Assembly (NCBI GenBank): GCA_965116885.1
Contig: OZ220741.1
Coordinates: 3,360,001 to 3,424,000 of the forward strand
Direction: 5' to 3'
Length of the DNA: 64,000 nucleotides
DNA from: Candidatus Latescibacterota bacterium
GTDB taxonomy: Bacteria; Latescibacterota; UBA2968
A program made the position numbers and the translations under genes. Under the pieces are notes generated by a model that saw only the letters and a list, made by a program, of their open reading frames with translations, was not told where the DNA came from and did no database searches. This document shows, piece by piece, positions 20,579-31,231 of the stretch. Within the stretch, counting starts at the first letter, position 1. Every line of letters begins with the position of its first letter.

Positions 20579-22546
20579 GTGGCTACGAGAGACTTTTCCA
20601 GAGAAATAGAGGTTAGCCGTCAGCGGTATATCATGACGCCAAAAGCATTGACGGTTGGGGTTCTGGTCGTTGTTGCGGTGAATCTGTTGGCGCCGTTTTC
20701 CGAGTGGATTGTGCGATCCACGCTGTTGACGACCAATTATTTTCCACTGGGGTTGGCGGCGTTGTTCATTTTTGTGGTTGTGGTCTTGAACCCGGTTTTA
20801 AAGGCAGTGAAGCGCGAGGGGGGATTGACGGGTGATGAATTGGGCGTGGTTTATACGATGCTTTTGGCGGCGGTATCGGTGCCGACTTATGGGGTAACCG
20901 GTTATGTGATTTCCGTGTCGGCTTCGCCCTTTTATTTTGCGACAACTGAAAATGGTTGGGGCGAATTTATACACGATCATGTGCCCCTGTGGGCTGTGCC
21001 CGGAGGTGGACGCGCAGTGGCATGGTTTTTTGAGGGATTGCCGCCGGGCGCGAAAATTCCGTGGGAAGTGTGGATTATGCCGCTGTTCTGGTGGGGATCG
21101 GTGATTGTCGCGACACTGATGCTTTGCACTTGTCTTATTGCGGTATTTCGCAAGCAGTGGGTAGATAAAGAGCGGTTGAATTTTCCTCTGGTTGATGTGC
21201 CGTTGGCGATGATGGATGGCGCCGAAGATGGTCGGATTTTGCCAAAATTTATGCGTAGCCGATTGTTCTGGATCGGTTTTGCCATTGCCGCAGGCAAAAT
21301 TGCGTGGAATGTGCCGGGTTACTTTTTTGAGGCCTGGCCGAGTATTCCCGCTATTCGATTGAGCATTCCGGGCGGGCAGGTTTGGCCGGGTGTTTCGTCA
21401 AATTTCTCGCTGCCTCTGGTGGGGATTACGTATTTTGTCAATGTGGATGTGATTTTCAGTGTGTGGTTTTTCAATTTGTTTAATATGGCTGAGATCGCGC
21501 TGTTTAATCGCACGGGATTTACCATTGGCACATCAGAGGTTTATTCGGTGAGTCCGGCGGCGTTGGGATGGCAGGGGTTTGGGGCGTTTGTGGCGATTGT
21601 GCTGGGCGGTGTTTGGGTTGCGCGCGAACATTTGCGCGGGGTGTGGCGAACCGCGTTGGGACAAGAAAATGGCGTTTCAGATGGCGATGAGATCATGGGC
21701 TATCGCACGGCGCTGATAGGGATTGCGCTCGGGGTTGTGTACATTTTTTTGTGGTTGACGCGCATTGGTATCCACCCCGGTGTGGCTTTGCTGCTTCTTT
21801 TTGCGGTTATTACGCTTTATCTGGGTCTGACGCGCATTGTCATTGAGGGGGGGCTGGTTTTTGTGCGGGGACCTCTCGTGCCGCAGGCTTATGCGATGCA
21901 TCTCATTGGTCCGGCAGATTTGACGGGTTCGACGATGACAGGGCTGGGCTTATCTTACGGGTGGGCGTGCGATCCCATTGCTACATTTATGCCTTTTGGG
22001 GCGAATGCCGCGCGCGTACACAGCGAGCGTCGTTTTCCTCAAGGCGTTTATCTCACTGCGGTTGGATTGGCACTGGGTATTAGTCTGATTGTATCTTTTT
22101 ATTTTTCACTCAAGCTGGCGTATGCTTCGGGTGCGTACAATTTTGGCGAGTGGGTCTTTCGCCGCGGAGGACAGGTGCCTTATGATACGGTTGTGGCGAA
22201 AATTAAGGCGGCAGAGACGCTCAAATTTGGTCATTTTGCGTTTTTGGGTATTGGCGCGCTTGTGACAGTTTTGCTGACGTATTTGCGCCATCGGTTCGCC
22301 TGGTGGCGCTTGCATCCTATCGGGTTTTCAATTGCTTCTGTGGGACAAGTGCGATGGACCCTGTTGTCGCTTTTTGTCGCCTGGGCGATTAAAACACTTT
22401 TGATTCGCTTTGGCGGTTTGATGCTTTACAATGGCGCAAAGCCCTTTTTTGTCGGTCTGGTAGTGGGGCACTTTTCCGGCGCTGGTATATCGTTTATCAT
22501 TGATGCGTTGTGGTTTCGCGGACATGGACACAGTTTGTATTTTTGA
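20579..22546 (+). CDS. Polytopic membrane protein, DUF6785/DUF6784-like putative transporter
   Basis: Many hydrophobic segments; RKQWVDKERLNFPL, WWRLHPIGF, KPFFVGLVVG. Confidence 0.75.
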   Translation: MATRDFSREIEVSRQRYIMTPKALTVGVLVVVAVNLLAPFSEWIVRSTLLTTNYFPLGLAALFIFVVVVLNPVLKAVKREGGLTGDELGVVYTMLLAAVSVPTYGVTGYVISVSASPFYFATTENGWGEFIHDHVPLWAVPGGGRAVAWFFEGLPPGAKIPWEVWIMPLFWWGSVIVATLMLCTCLIAVFRKQWVDKERLNFPLVDVPLAMMDGAEDGRILPKFMRSRLFWIGFAIAAGKIAWNVPGYFFEAWPSIPAIRLSIPGGQVWPGVSSNFSLPLVGITYFVNVDVIFSVWFFNLFNMAEIALFNRTGFTIGTSEVYSVSPAALGWQGFGAFVAIVLGGVWVAREHLRGVWRTALGQENGVSDGDEIMGYRTALIGIALGVVYIFLWLTRIGIHPGVALLLLFAVITLYLGLTRIVIEGGLVFVRGPLVPQAYAMHLIGPADLTGSTMTGLGLSYGWACDPIATFMPFGANAARVHSERRFPQGVYLTAVGLALGISLIVSFYFSLKLAYASGAYNFGEWVFRRGGQVPYDTVVAKIKAAETLKFGHFAFLGIGALVTVLLTYLRHRFAWWRLHPIGFSIASVGQVRWTLLSLFVAWAIKTLLIRFGGLMLYNGAKPFFVGLVVGHFSGAGISFIIDALWFRGHGHSLYF

Positions 22547-22560
22547 ATAGGAGATTTGTG

Positions 22561-23985
22561 ATGAATGTAATTTGTATTTGTCTGGATACATTCCGTGCTG
22601 ATATAGTCGGTCCAAATCAGAAGATGAGTTTTGTCGAGACGCCGAATATGGATGCATTTGCCGCAGAGTCCGTGGTGTTTGAGCGGGCTTTTGGGGAATG
22701 CCAGCCGACATTGCAGACGCGTCGGGGTTTGTTTACGGGGCGGCGCACCTTTCCCTGGCGATACAATTTTGATCGGCGCGGACACTGGCATCACGCGCCC
22801 GGTTGGCACAAAATTCCGCCGGAGCAAGATACGCTCGCTGAAATTCTGGTTGCAAATGGGTATATGACCGGGTTGGTCGCCGACACGTATCACATGTTTA
22901 AGCCGACGATGAATTATACGCGCGGATTTGTGACTTATGATTTTATTCGCGGGCAGGAGAGCGACAACTGGCGGTTTGGCTCGCGGGAAGCGATTGAAGA
23001 TTTGTTGCGTCCGCATGTGCGTGAACCGATCAACTGGGGTCGGCATGTCGGGTTGATGCAGTATATGTTCAATCAGAAGTTTCGGCAACGCGAGGAGGAT
23101 TACAGTTGTGCGCGTGTGTTTCGGCGCGCAGCAGATTGGTTGAGCGAGAATGCACGCAATGCGCCGTTTTTTTTATGGATTGATTCTTTTGATCCGCACG
23201 AGCCATGGGATCCGCCGAGGGAATATGCAGATCGGTATATGCCCGATTGGGATGGGAAGGATTTTATTACACCTGGAGCTGGAAATGAAGGCGGTGGGGT
23301 GAGCGATGCGGAGAAAGAGCGGATCAAGGCGCTTTATTTTGGCGAGGTCACGCTGGTGGATCGCTGGGTGGGGCACTTGCTGGATCGGGTCGATGATCTG
23401 GGTTTAAAAGGCGATACGATTGTGATGTTGATGTCAGATCACGGCACGCAGGTACTGGATCACGGACAATTTGGCAAAGGACCAGATCGCCTGCATCCGT
23501 ATAACACGCGATTGAACTGGATGGTGCGGCATCCCGATGTGTGCAAGCGCGTTTCGGGTTTTGTGCAGGCGCACGATTTGTTGCCCACTGTGTTGGGCTT
23601 GCTGGGTATTCCCTGCCAGGCTGTGGATGGGACAGATGTTTGGCCGCTGGTGACGGGAGAGGTGGATGCCGTGCGGGATCACGTTGTGATTGGGTGGGCC
23701 AGTTTTTCAACCGGGCCAGCTACGGGCAGGGCGTCAGTGCGCGATGACCAGTGGAATTATACGGTGAGTTTGAATGATGTGAACAATGAAGAACTCTTTG
23801 ACCTTGCAGCCGATCCCGATGAGCATACCAATGTCGCCGCGGATCACCCCGATGTGGTGGCTTTGCAAAGATCGCGCATCCAGGCGGTGATTCACCAACC
23901 CCTGCCCGCTACGTTTAACGAAGTGTGCGACCATGCGCCCTCACCGAGTGCTATGTTTGTGCAGGGGAGAAGAAGAATGCGTTAA
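22561..23985 (+). CDS. Sulfatase-fold hydrolase with non-canonical active-site motif
   Basis: [43 protein letters not shown]. Confidence 0.88.
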   Translation: MNVICICLDTFRADIVGPNQKMSFVETPNMDAFAAESVVFERAFGECQPTLQTRRGLFTGRRTFPWRYNFDRRGHWHHAPGWHKIPPEQDTLAEILVANGYMTGLVADTYHMFKPTMNYTRGFVTYDFIRGQESDNWRFGSREAIEDLLRPHVREPINWGRHVGLMQYMFNQKFRQREEDYSCARVFRRAADWLSENARNAPFFLWIDSFDPHEPWDPPREYADRYMPDWDGKDFITPGAGNEGGGVSDAEKERIKALYFGEVTLVDRWVGHLLDRVDDLGLKGDTIVMLMSDHGTQVLDHGQFGKGPDRLHPYNTRLNWMVRHPDVCKRVSGFVQAHDLLPTVLGLLGIPCQAVDGTDVWPLVTGEVDAVRDHVVIGWASFSTGPATGRASVRDDQWNYTVSLNDVNNEELFDLAADPDEHTNVAADHPDVVALQRSRIQAVIHQPLPATFNEVCDHAPSPSAMFVQGRRRMR

Positions 23986-24653
23986 ACCACCACAGGGTCG
24001 CTATTTTTTGCGGCTTGCCAGGCGCGCCAGTCGTTGAGGAAGCGTTCCAGACCGATGTCGGTTAAGGGGTGCGCGAGTAACTTGCTCAATACATCGGGCG
24101 GAAGGGTCGCAACATCTGCGCCGGCGAGGGCGCATTCGACGACGTGTTTGGGCGAGCGCAAACTCGCGGCCAGCACCTGGGTTTCAAATCCATAATTGTC
24201 GTAAATCTGGCGAATTGTTTGAATTAATTCCATGCCGTCTTGGCCCAAATCATCCAGGCGGCCAATGAAAGGGCTGATATAAGTCGCGCCTGCTTTGGCG
24301 GCCATCAGTGCCTGATTTGCGGAGAAGCACAGCGTTACATTTACGCGAATCCCTTCATCCGAGCACGTTTTGATCGCTTTTAGACCATCTGGCGTAATCG
24401 GAATTTTCACCACGACCTGTTCGTGGATCGCGGCATTTCGGCGCGCTTCGGCGATCATGCCTTCGGTGTCGGTGCTGACCACTTCTGCACTTACTGGTCC
24501 ATCTACAATTCCGCAAATTGCGCGAATGATGTCTTCAAATTCCCCTTCTTCCTGCGACATAAGAGAGGGATTTGTCGTCACGCCATCCAGCACACCCATG
24601 GCCTGGGCTTCGCGGATTTCGTCTAAATTGGCTGTATCGATAAAGAACTTCAT
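23982..24653 (-). CDS. tal: Transaldolase/fructose-6-phosphate aldolase (short MipB/TalC type)
   Basis: [40 protein letters not shown]. Confidence 0.93.
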   Translation of the reverse strand: MKFFIDTANLDEIREAQAMGVLDGVTTNPSLMSQEEGEFEDIIRAICGIVDGPVSAEVVSTDTEGMIAEARRNAAIHEQVVVKIPITPDGLKAIKTCSDEGIRVNVTLCFSANQALMAAKAGATYISPFIGRLDDLGQDGMELIQTIRQIYDNYGFETQVLAASLRSPKHVVECALAGADVATLPPDVLSKLLAHPLTDIGLERFLNDWRAWQAAKNSDPVVV

Positions 24654-24718
24654 GTATGTCTCCTTTTTATAAATGTACGAGCAACAAAGATGAACAACTG
24701 GCGTCCCTTAGACAGTTT

Positions 24719-24745
24719 ATCCGCGCAATCCGCATCATCCGCGAT
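24719..24745. repeat. Three 9-bp ATCCGCNNN units
   Basis: ATCCGCGCA ATCCGCATC ATCCGCGAT immediately after the prenyl synthase stop. Confidence 0.5.
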
Positions 24746-25792
24746 CTAAAATACGCGCTCGACTAAAAATGAACACATTTCTCTGAGTATTTCTCTCGAT
24801 TCCGACGGGGGCAACTGGGCGAGGCGCGCTTCGGCAGATTCGGCGCGCGTCTGACAAGCCCGTTGCGCTTTTTCAATTGCGCCATATCTTCCCATCAGGT
24901 CAATTACCCACTCGATGTCTTCTTCCGATGTTGCATCTCGATCTCGATCCAGTATTTCGCGCACCTTTTGATTTTCTTCTGGCGTACAGTGGTTGAGCAA
25001 ATCGATGACCATCAAGGTGCGCTTGCCCTCGGCGATGTCCCCGCCGCGCTCTTTGCCATACCCCCCGGATGTCGTCGTGGGGGCTAATGTTGCATCGGTA
25101 TCTTCAACAACGATATTGAGCAGGTCGTCGCGAATTTGAAATGCAACAGCTATGGCCTCGCCAAAATCGCCAATCGCCCGTTTCATGTCATTGCCAGCAC
25201 CTGCAATAATCGCGCCCATAGTACAGGGACCGCGACCGCTATACCATCCCGTTTTGCGCCGCAGCATGTCAACAAAGTCGCGTACATCGGGAATGACTTC
25301 GGACTCGATCCAACCGATATCATAAGCCTGTCCTTCAAATGTTATTTGCGCGCCCTGGATCATTTCACAAAGCAAATCGAGCGTTGTTGTTTCCCCTAAT
25401 ATTTCGCGATTTGCATATAATATTTCAAATACTTTGGAATAGAGTGCGTCGCCCACGTTAATGCTCAGTGGGATCCCGTGTATCAGGTGCAAACACGGTT
25501 TTCCGCGCCGCATCAAAGAGGCATCCTCTATATCGTCGTGTACCAGGGCAAAGGACTGAAATAACTCAAAAGCAGCAGCCGTTCGCAACCCTACATTGGG
25601 ATCACCGCCAAATGCTTCAATGCCCAGCAGCACCAGTGCCGATCTGAACCGCTTGCCGCCGCGCTGGGGATAATCGCGCATAGGGGCGTATAAAAAATCA
25701 ACTGGATCTTGATCTTTTGGCAAGAACTGATACATTTCCTCGTCGATACGAGGCACCCAGGTTTCCAAATAGTTTTTTAATCGCGTTTCCAT
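24746..25792 (-). CDS. Polyprenyl diphosphate synthase (short-chain, GGPP synthase-like)
   Basis: GGKRFR, FALVHDDIED, RRGKP, FQIRDDLLN, GDIAEGKRT. Confidence 0.92.
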   Translation of the reverse strand: METRLKNYLETWVPRIDEEMYQFLPKDQDPVDFLYAPMRDYPQRGGKRFRSALVLLGIEAFGGDPNVGLRTAAAFELFQSFALVHDDIEDASLMRRGKPCLHLIHGIPLSINVGDALYSKVFEILYANREILGETTTLDLLCEMIQGAQITFEGQAYDIGWIESEVIPDVRDFVDMLRRKTGWYSGRGPCTMGAIIAGAGNDMKRAIGDFGEAIAVAFQIRDDLLNIVVEDTDATLAPTTTSGGYGKERGGDIAEGKRTLMVIDLLNHCTPEENQKVREILDRDRDATSEEDIEWVIDLMGRYGAIEKAQRACQTRAESAEARLAQLPPSESREILREMCSFLVERVF

Positions 25793-25793
25793 T

Positions 25794-28262
25794 TTAGCGC
25801 TTGAACTCCTTTACTTTTTTGCGAATTTTTGCCTCGACATTTGCCGATAGAGGCCGAACGGGAATTTTTTCATCGCTGTGAGTAGCAACATCACCTGCGA
25901 TGGATATTTCAAGACGCGGATGTTTGGGTACATAAGGTTCTTTTTCCAGCATGGCATGTAACAAGACGAGGGCGGCTTCTTTGTCGGGAATCGTTCCTCT
26001 CGTATTGCCATCGTCGCCAGGGGGCAATGGCGCGCCTACACACGACGGGCATCCGGCTTCACATTCGCATTCCGACACGACCATCCAACAGGCTGTTATG
26101 ACATCTTCGATCATCTCATAAGCTTTTTCCGAAAAACCAATGCCTCCCGGATGCCGGTCATATACAAATGCGGTCGGACGCCCCGTATTGGAGCTATCTA
26201 TCGTTGTGCCAATATCCATGATATCGCACATAGCAAATAGGGGCAGCACTTCCCCCATTACATTGGCAACGCCTTTGAGGCCTTCAGATGGCACGCGGCC
26301 ATGTCGCCGACACTGGTTTAACCCCTCTTGCGGTGGCACGATCCAGCAAGCGGCTGTATCGAGTTTGCGCTCGGGCAAATCGAGATTTTCCCAGCCAATG
26401 CTGTCGCGGTCTTCGAATTTTACTTTTTTGAACATCGTTACTATTGACGAGACAGAGACGTCGCCAAAATATACGTCACTGACGCGCCACGCGCCCGATA
26501 TTTCGGTATCATTTACGACAATACTCGTCTCGTCAACTGCATGGGTATAATAGTCCAGTGCTTTTTGGCTTACCCGCGCAATTTTGCGCTCTGTGTCGAG
26601 TTGATCGACAAAGTACGTTTGTCCATTGTGCAAATATACAGCGTGTGTATGTATCTGAAAAAACGCGCTGATTTCATCCAGGGAACCGATTACCTGTGGG
26701 GCATCTTCTGTCTCGTCGATAATAGTATAGGTCGAATCGCTGATATTGCGTAGGCCGACCTCTGCCGCTGGATATCCCGATTGGCTGTAAAACCACTGCC
26801 CATTGAGCTGGCGCGCCATGCCTTCATCTGATAGGATCTCGAGCAACGCACCCGTAAATTCTCCCATTACTTCGCCTTCTCCGCCCCGCACGGGCAATTC
26901 GCGCAAAGCACACCGCAGATGTCCCACGACAAGATGCGGATTGTTGGGGTCAATGGTCGCGTGTTCGGGCGATTGTCCGAAAAAGTAAGCCGGGTCGCGC
27001 ATCAAAAATTGATCGATGGGCGCGTTGTGTGCCACAAAGACCACCAGCGACTCTTCGGACTGCCGCCCCGCACGTCCCGCTTGCTGCCACATGCTGGAAA
27101 TACTGCCCGGGTATCCCACGATTAACGCGGCATCCAGGTCTCCAATATCAATGCCCAATTCCAAGGCGTTGGTACTTACCACGCCGAGCAACTCACCTTC
27201 AAATAATTGCCGCTCAATTTCTCGCCGTTCTGCGGGCAAATATCCGCCGCGATAAGCCCGAATCGCGCCTGCCAACCGCTGGTTTACCAGTGATAGATCC
27301 TCTTGCACATAGCGATAGATCACTTCTGCGGATGTGCGTGCTCTAACAAAGGCAATGGTCTGCACCCTGTTGTGGATGAGTTTGCCGAGTAACCAACGCG
27401 CTTCGGTATTTGAACTGCGGCGATCACTCGTGGTGCCTTCCAAAAAAGGCGGATTCCAGAACGCAAAATGGCGTTTGCCCCGCGGGGAGCCATCCCGATC
27501 AATCAGGGACATCGGCTGTCCGGTCAATGCTTCGGCGTGTTCTTTGGGATTTGCTATGGTCGCCGAGCAACACACAAATTGTGGGGGTGTGCCATAGTGC
27601 GCGCAAATTCGCACCAAGCGGCGCAATACATTGGCTACATGCGAGCCAAAGACGCCCCGGTAAGTGTGTATTTCGTCGAGTACTACATAGCGCAAATTCT
27701 GAAAAAAACGTGCCCAGCGCGGGTGGTTGGGCAATACGCCCTGATGCAACATATCGGGATTGCTCAAGATTACCCGTCCCTCTTCGCGCAGTGTTTTGCG
27801 CTGGTTGGACGGCGTATCCCCATCGTAAGTGCCCAGGGAAAATTTCAATTTTTCGTTTAATTCGCCAAACCGCGCCAGTCCTCGCGCCTGGTCCTGTGAT
27901 AGAGCTTTGGTCGGGAAGAGATAGAGCGCAGTCGCCTGCGGGTCGGATAGGAGTGCTTCCAGTGTGGGTATTTGATAACACAGGGTTTTTCCACTTGCCG
28001 TTGCTGTAACTACTACTACGTCTTCCTGACGCCTCAGGGCGGTCAAAGCATCGGCCTGATGCGTATAGAGCCGATCAATGCCTTGCTGTTTCAAGGCGTC
28101 GGAGATTGCGGGATGCAGGGCGTAGTCATCAGCGACGAATTTAGCTTCTTGCGCGGGTAAGGTCTCTATATGAGCAACCTGACCGGCATACCCATAGTCG
28201 CGGCGAACATGCGCGATAAATTGATCAAAACTCATCATGCGGGAAGGACTTTTGAATTCCAA
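25794..28262 (-). CDS. DEAD/DEAH helicase with DUF1998 (MrfA/Hrq1-like); true start probably ATG ~28238
   Basis: TASGKT, PTKALSQDQ, DEIH, SAT, TNALELGIDIG, QQAGRAGR, CECEAGCPSC. Confidence 0.92.
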   Translation of the reverse strand: MEFKSPSRMMSFDQFIAHVRRDYGYAGQVAHIETLPAQEAKFVADDYALHPAISDALKQQGIDRLYTHQADALTALRRQEDVVVVTATASGKTLCYQIPTLEALLSDPQATALYLFPTKALSQDQARGLARFGELNEKLKFSLGTYDGDTPSNQRKTLREEGRVILSNPDMLHQGVLPNHPRWARFFQNLRYVVLDEIHTYRGVFGSHVANVLRRLVRICAHYGTPPQFVCCSATIANPKEHAEALTGQPMSLIDRDGSPRGKRHFAFWNPPFLEGTTSDRRSSNTEARWLLGKLIHNRVQTIAFVRARTSAEVIYRYVQEDLSLVNQRLAGAIRAYRGGYLPAERREIERQLFEGELLGVVSTNALELGIDIGDLDAALIVGYPGSISSMWQQAGRAGRQSEESLVVFVAHNAPIDQFLMRDPAYFFGQSPEHATIDPNNPHLVVGHLRCALRELPVRGGEGEVMGEFTGALLEILSDEGMARQLNGQWFYSQSGYPAAEVGLRNISDSTYTIIDETEDAPQVIGSLDEISAFFQIHTHAVYLHNGQTYFVDQLDTERKIARVSQKALDYYTHAVDETSIVVNDTEISGAWRVSDVYFGDVSVSSIVTMFKKVKFEDRDSIGWENLDLPERKLDTAACWIVPPQEGLNQCRRHGRVPSEGLKGVANVMGEVLPLFAMCDIMDIGTTIDSSNTGRPTAFVYDRHPGGIGFSEKAYEMIEDVITACWMVVSECECEAGCPSCVGAPLPPGDDGNTRGTIPDKEAALVLLHAMLEKEPYVPKHPRLEISIAGDVATHSDEKIPVRPLSANVEAKIRKKVKEFKR

Positions 28263-28306
28263 AGGGAGAGAGGTAAGGAAATGAAAAATAAAGAGGGAGG
28301 TACGAT

Positions 28307-28344
28307 AGCTATAAGAATATAGCTGGAAGGTGAAAAGGGGTCAA
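28307..28344 (-). promoter_or_regulatory. sigma70-type promoter with palindromic operator over the -10 box
   Basis: TTGACC-17 bp-TATATT on minus strand; AGCTATA-N4-TATAGCT at 28307-28324. Confidence 0.55.
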
Positions 28345-28399
28345 CTCAAAAGAGGCGGACAGAAGGTGAGATTTACGTAGAGGATGGGGCCAACTATAA

Positions 28400-31201
28400 C
28401 TACAGACTATGGGAGAGGCGCATGTATAAATACCTGCCTAAGAAATCGTAGGTATTGGCATCGGAAGTGCCGAGGAAACCATTGTATATCACTGCTGGTG
28501 CCTGATTGAGGACGTTGTTTATTCCAATTGTGAGTACGGAGTGACCAAAGGCGGTACCCAGTTGGTATGATCCGTGCATACTAAAGGTACTGTTGGGACT
28601 GATTTTGCGGCTGGGTGGTATTTCTGTCACATCCGGGCGGTACATGCCCTTGCAGTCGTCATCTTCGCATTCCTCAAATCCGCCGATGTATCGCCAGGTC
28701 AGCCCAATGGAAGAACGGTGATTCTCTACGCCAACTGAAGCGGCGTGATGCCAGCCCGGAAACACGCCCAGGTCGTAGTAGCCCTTGCCTTTGACTAACT
28801 CGGAACCGTTGGCCGAAGGCAGGATTTGATCGTAATTCACGAGCAGGTTGCTCTCGATTTGCGCCGAGACAATGCCCAGGGGTGAGTCAGTAGCGTAATG
28901 GAGTCCGATATCCATGCCGCTGGTTTCGGTTTCGCCAACGTTGGTGTTGGGCGATGAGATGTAATTAATCAGCCCGGTGTTTGGATCGCGCACGACTTGA
29001 TCGCAGTTGGATGGCGTGTCCTGCGAGTAGCAGTTACTCAAGATGAGGCTGGCGGGTAATGCGCCGATTTCATTCGTGATCGCGCTGGTATAGTAATCGA
29101 CAGTTATATCGAATCCATCCAGAAAGCCCGCCTGATAAACCAGGCCTGCTGTGAGCATTGTGGCCTTTTCTGGATCGAGATCTGTGCTGCCACTGAACTG
29201 GGCTCGCAGTTGTGCCCGTGAATCCTCAAAGTCGGATGGGATGCCTTGATCTGCACAATTTCGCATTTGCTGAGCGGTCAATGTTCGGGCATTGCCCGCT
29301 TCATCGACTGTACTACAGGGATCGCTGACCAGCGGGAAACCATCGCTGTTGCCGAGGAACATTTCGGCGATGCTGGGCGCGCGAAAAGCATTGGAGTATG
29401 TGGCACGAAATGCCAATCCATGAGGCATTTCGAGACGAGTACCAGCTTTATAAGTAGAGCCAAAGCCGAACGAATCGTAGTGGAAAGTGCGCCCTGCGGC
29501 TATTAAATCGAGGCCAACTTCTCCCGCTTTGTAGAGCGGTAAATGGGCTTCCGCATACAAAGCCTTGACCGAATATGCACCATCGGTGGGCGCCTCGCCA
29601 CTACCGGTAGTATTTCCCGATGCGGTTATGGGATCGGGAAGATAGGCTCCCGCTTCCCAGCGCGAAGATAGACCTGCGGCTATGACCAGTGGACCGGCCG
29701 GGAGTTGCGCGATCTCTCCGGTCAGATTCCACTGCAGGATTTGCTGTTGGGAGTAGCCTCTGGCGATACCAGTATATTGGATGTAATCTAACATTTCCTG
29801 GGTAATCGTGCCGGCACCGTGGAGTATATCCAGCGGCACGCAGTCGCCGGTACAATCCTCGTCTGGTCCCAGTGCCCGTACGAGATTACTGATTATAAAT
29901 CGGCCCTCGTTGACGCTGGTGCCTTCGCTGCGCCCATAGGAAAAGGACAGGTCGGCGTCAAATTCCAGGAGATGATGGTCCAATCCCAGGACGATGCGAT
30001 AGGTGTCGATATCCTGGAGATAGTTGCGATTGCCTGCTTCGAGAAAACGCCGCCGAACATCGATAAAATCGCGGCCAAATTCGTTGTACCGGTTGGTGGC
30101 AGATACTACGATGCCGTCGCTGATGGTGAACAAGGGCGTCGGGGCCAGCTTTTGGTCGGATTGGCGATTGGTGTACGATACTTCGAAGAAGGTTTTCGCA
30201 TTTTTTGTAAACTCATAAGCGCCGCTGAAAAAGGAACTGTAGCGCGTCTGTGGGGTGTAGAGATAATTCTCCGGTTGATAATTGTACGTGTCACCGCTCC
30301 CATCCGAGGAGATTCCCGCCCAATTGAAGGGGCGCCAGCCTGTATTTGGATCGCGATGGTAATCACCGGCGTCCTCGCCAGCCGCTGCAACGACCGCTTG
30401 CCAGGCTTCGTTGCCCTCGGCACCCAAGCGGTCGATGATGTGGCCTTCCGGGGTGGCCGAACTGCCGTTTTTGTTATAGGTGCCGTCGTTTTTTCCCCAG
30501 TCGTAGTTTTTGTCCGATACGCTGAAACTGCGGTCGCCAGTCCAGACGGGCTTCCGGTTGTGGTAACCTGCCGAAAACAGTATATGGCCTTTTTCGCTCT
30601 GCAAACCGGCGGTTATGCTGAGGTCGCGGACTTCGCCATCGCCTGCGCCTGAAAGCCCCTCATAATAATCTATCTCTACCCCCTCCATATCTGACCGGGT
30701 GATGATATTGACCACGCCCCCAATAGCGTCTGATCCATATACGGCCGAGGCCCCATCCTTGAGTATTTCGACGCGTTCGATGACTGAAGCGGGAATAGAA
30801 TTGAGATCAACGGATGAATTTGCGCCTGTTCCGCCCGGCACGAAACGCCGCCCATTGACCAATACCAGGGTGCGATTAGAGCCGAGTCCGCGCAGATTAA
30901 TCCGGGTAGAGCCATCACCGCCGTTGTTGGACTGGGTATTGGTCGCGTTGGACTGTACTGTGAGTGTTTGTAGCACATCGCCAATGGAAGTCAATCCCCG
31001 CGCTTTGATTTCGTCACTGGATAGGACGACGACTGGCGCAGGCGAAAGGCTTTCCGCACTTTTGATGCGGGAACCGGTTACGACAATCTCTTCAAATTCG
31101 TAGGTTTTCGGCTCGTCGGGCGATTCTTCAATATTTTCTGCGAACACTGGTGTAATAAAGACGATGGCGATTACTTGCCAGATTATGTGCTTTACACTCA
31201 T
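28400..31201 (-). CDS. TonB-dependent outer-membrane receptor
   Basis: Signal peptide, EEIVVTGSRI, INLRGLG...RTLVLVNGRR, IERVEILKDGASAVYGSDAIGGVVNIIT; GAGGT RBS before ATG 31201. Confidence 0.95.
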   Translation of the reverse strand: MSVKHIIWQVIAIVFITPVFAENIEESPDEPKTYEFEEIVVTGSRIKSAESLSPAPVVVLSSDEIKARGLTSIGDVLQTLTVQSNATNTQSNNGGDGSTRINLRGLGSNRTLVLVNGRRFVPGGTGANSSVDLNSIPASVIERVEILKDGASAVYGSDAIGGVVNIITRSDMEGVEIDYYEGLSGAGDGEVRDLSITAGLQSEKGHILFSAGYHNRKPVWTGDRSFSVSDKNYDWGKNDGTYNKNGSSATPEGHIIDRLGAEGNEAWQAVVAAAGEDAGDYHRDPNTGWRPFNWAGISSDGSGDTYNYQPENYLYTPQTRYSSFFSGAYEFTKNAKTFFEVSYTNRQSDQKLAPTPLFTISDGIVVSATNRYNEFGRDFIDVRRRFLEAGNRNYLQDIDTYRIVLGLDHHLLEFDADLSFSYGRSEGTSVNEGRFIISNLVRALGPDEDCTGDCVPLDILHGAGTITQEMLDYIQYTGIARGYSQQQILQWNLTGEIAQLPAGPLVIAAGLSSRWEAGAYLPDPITASGNTTGSGEAPTDGAYSVKALYAEAHLPLYKAGEVGLDLIAAGRTFHYDSFGFGSTYKAGTRLEMPHGLAFRATYSNAFRAPSIAEMFLGNSDGFPLVSDPCSTVDEAGNARTLTAQQMRNCADQGIPSDFEDSRAQLRAQFSGSTDLDPEKATMLTAGLVYQAGFLDGFDITVDYYTSAITNEIGALPASLILSNCYSQDTPSNCDQVVRDPNTGLINYISSPNTNVGETETSGMDIGLHYATDSPLGIVSAQIESNLLVNYDQILPSANGSELVKGKGYYDLGVFPGWHHAASVGVENHRSSIGLTWRYIGGFEECEDDDCKGMYRPDVTEIPPSRKISPNSTFSMHGSYQLGTAFGHSVLTIGINNVLNQAPAVIYNGFLGTSDANTYDFLGRYLYMRLSHSL

Positions 31202-31231
31202 CCATACCTCGCGATTGAAGAATGACACTAT

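Noticed and set aside
31202..31231. Cobalamin or other riboswitch before the TonB receptor
   Set aside because: Leader is only about 30 nt
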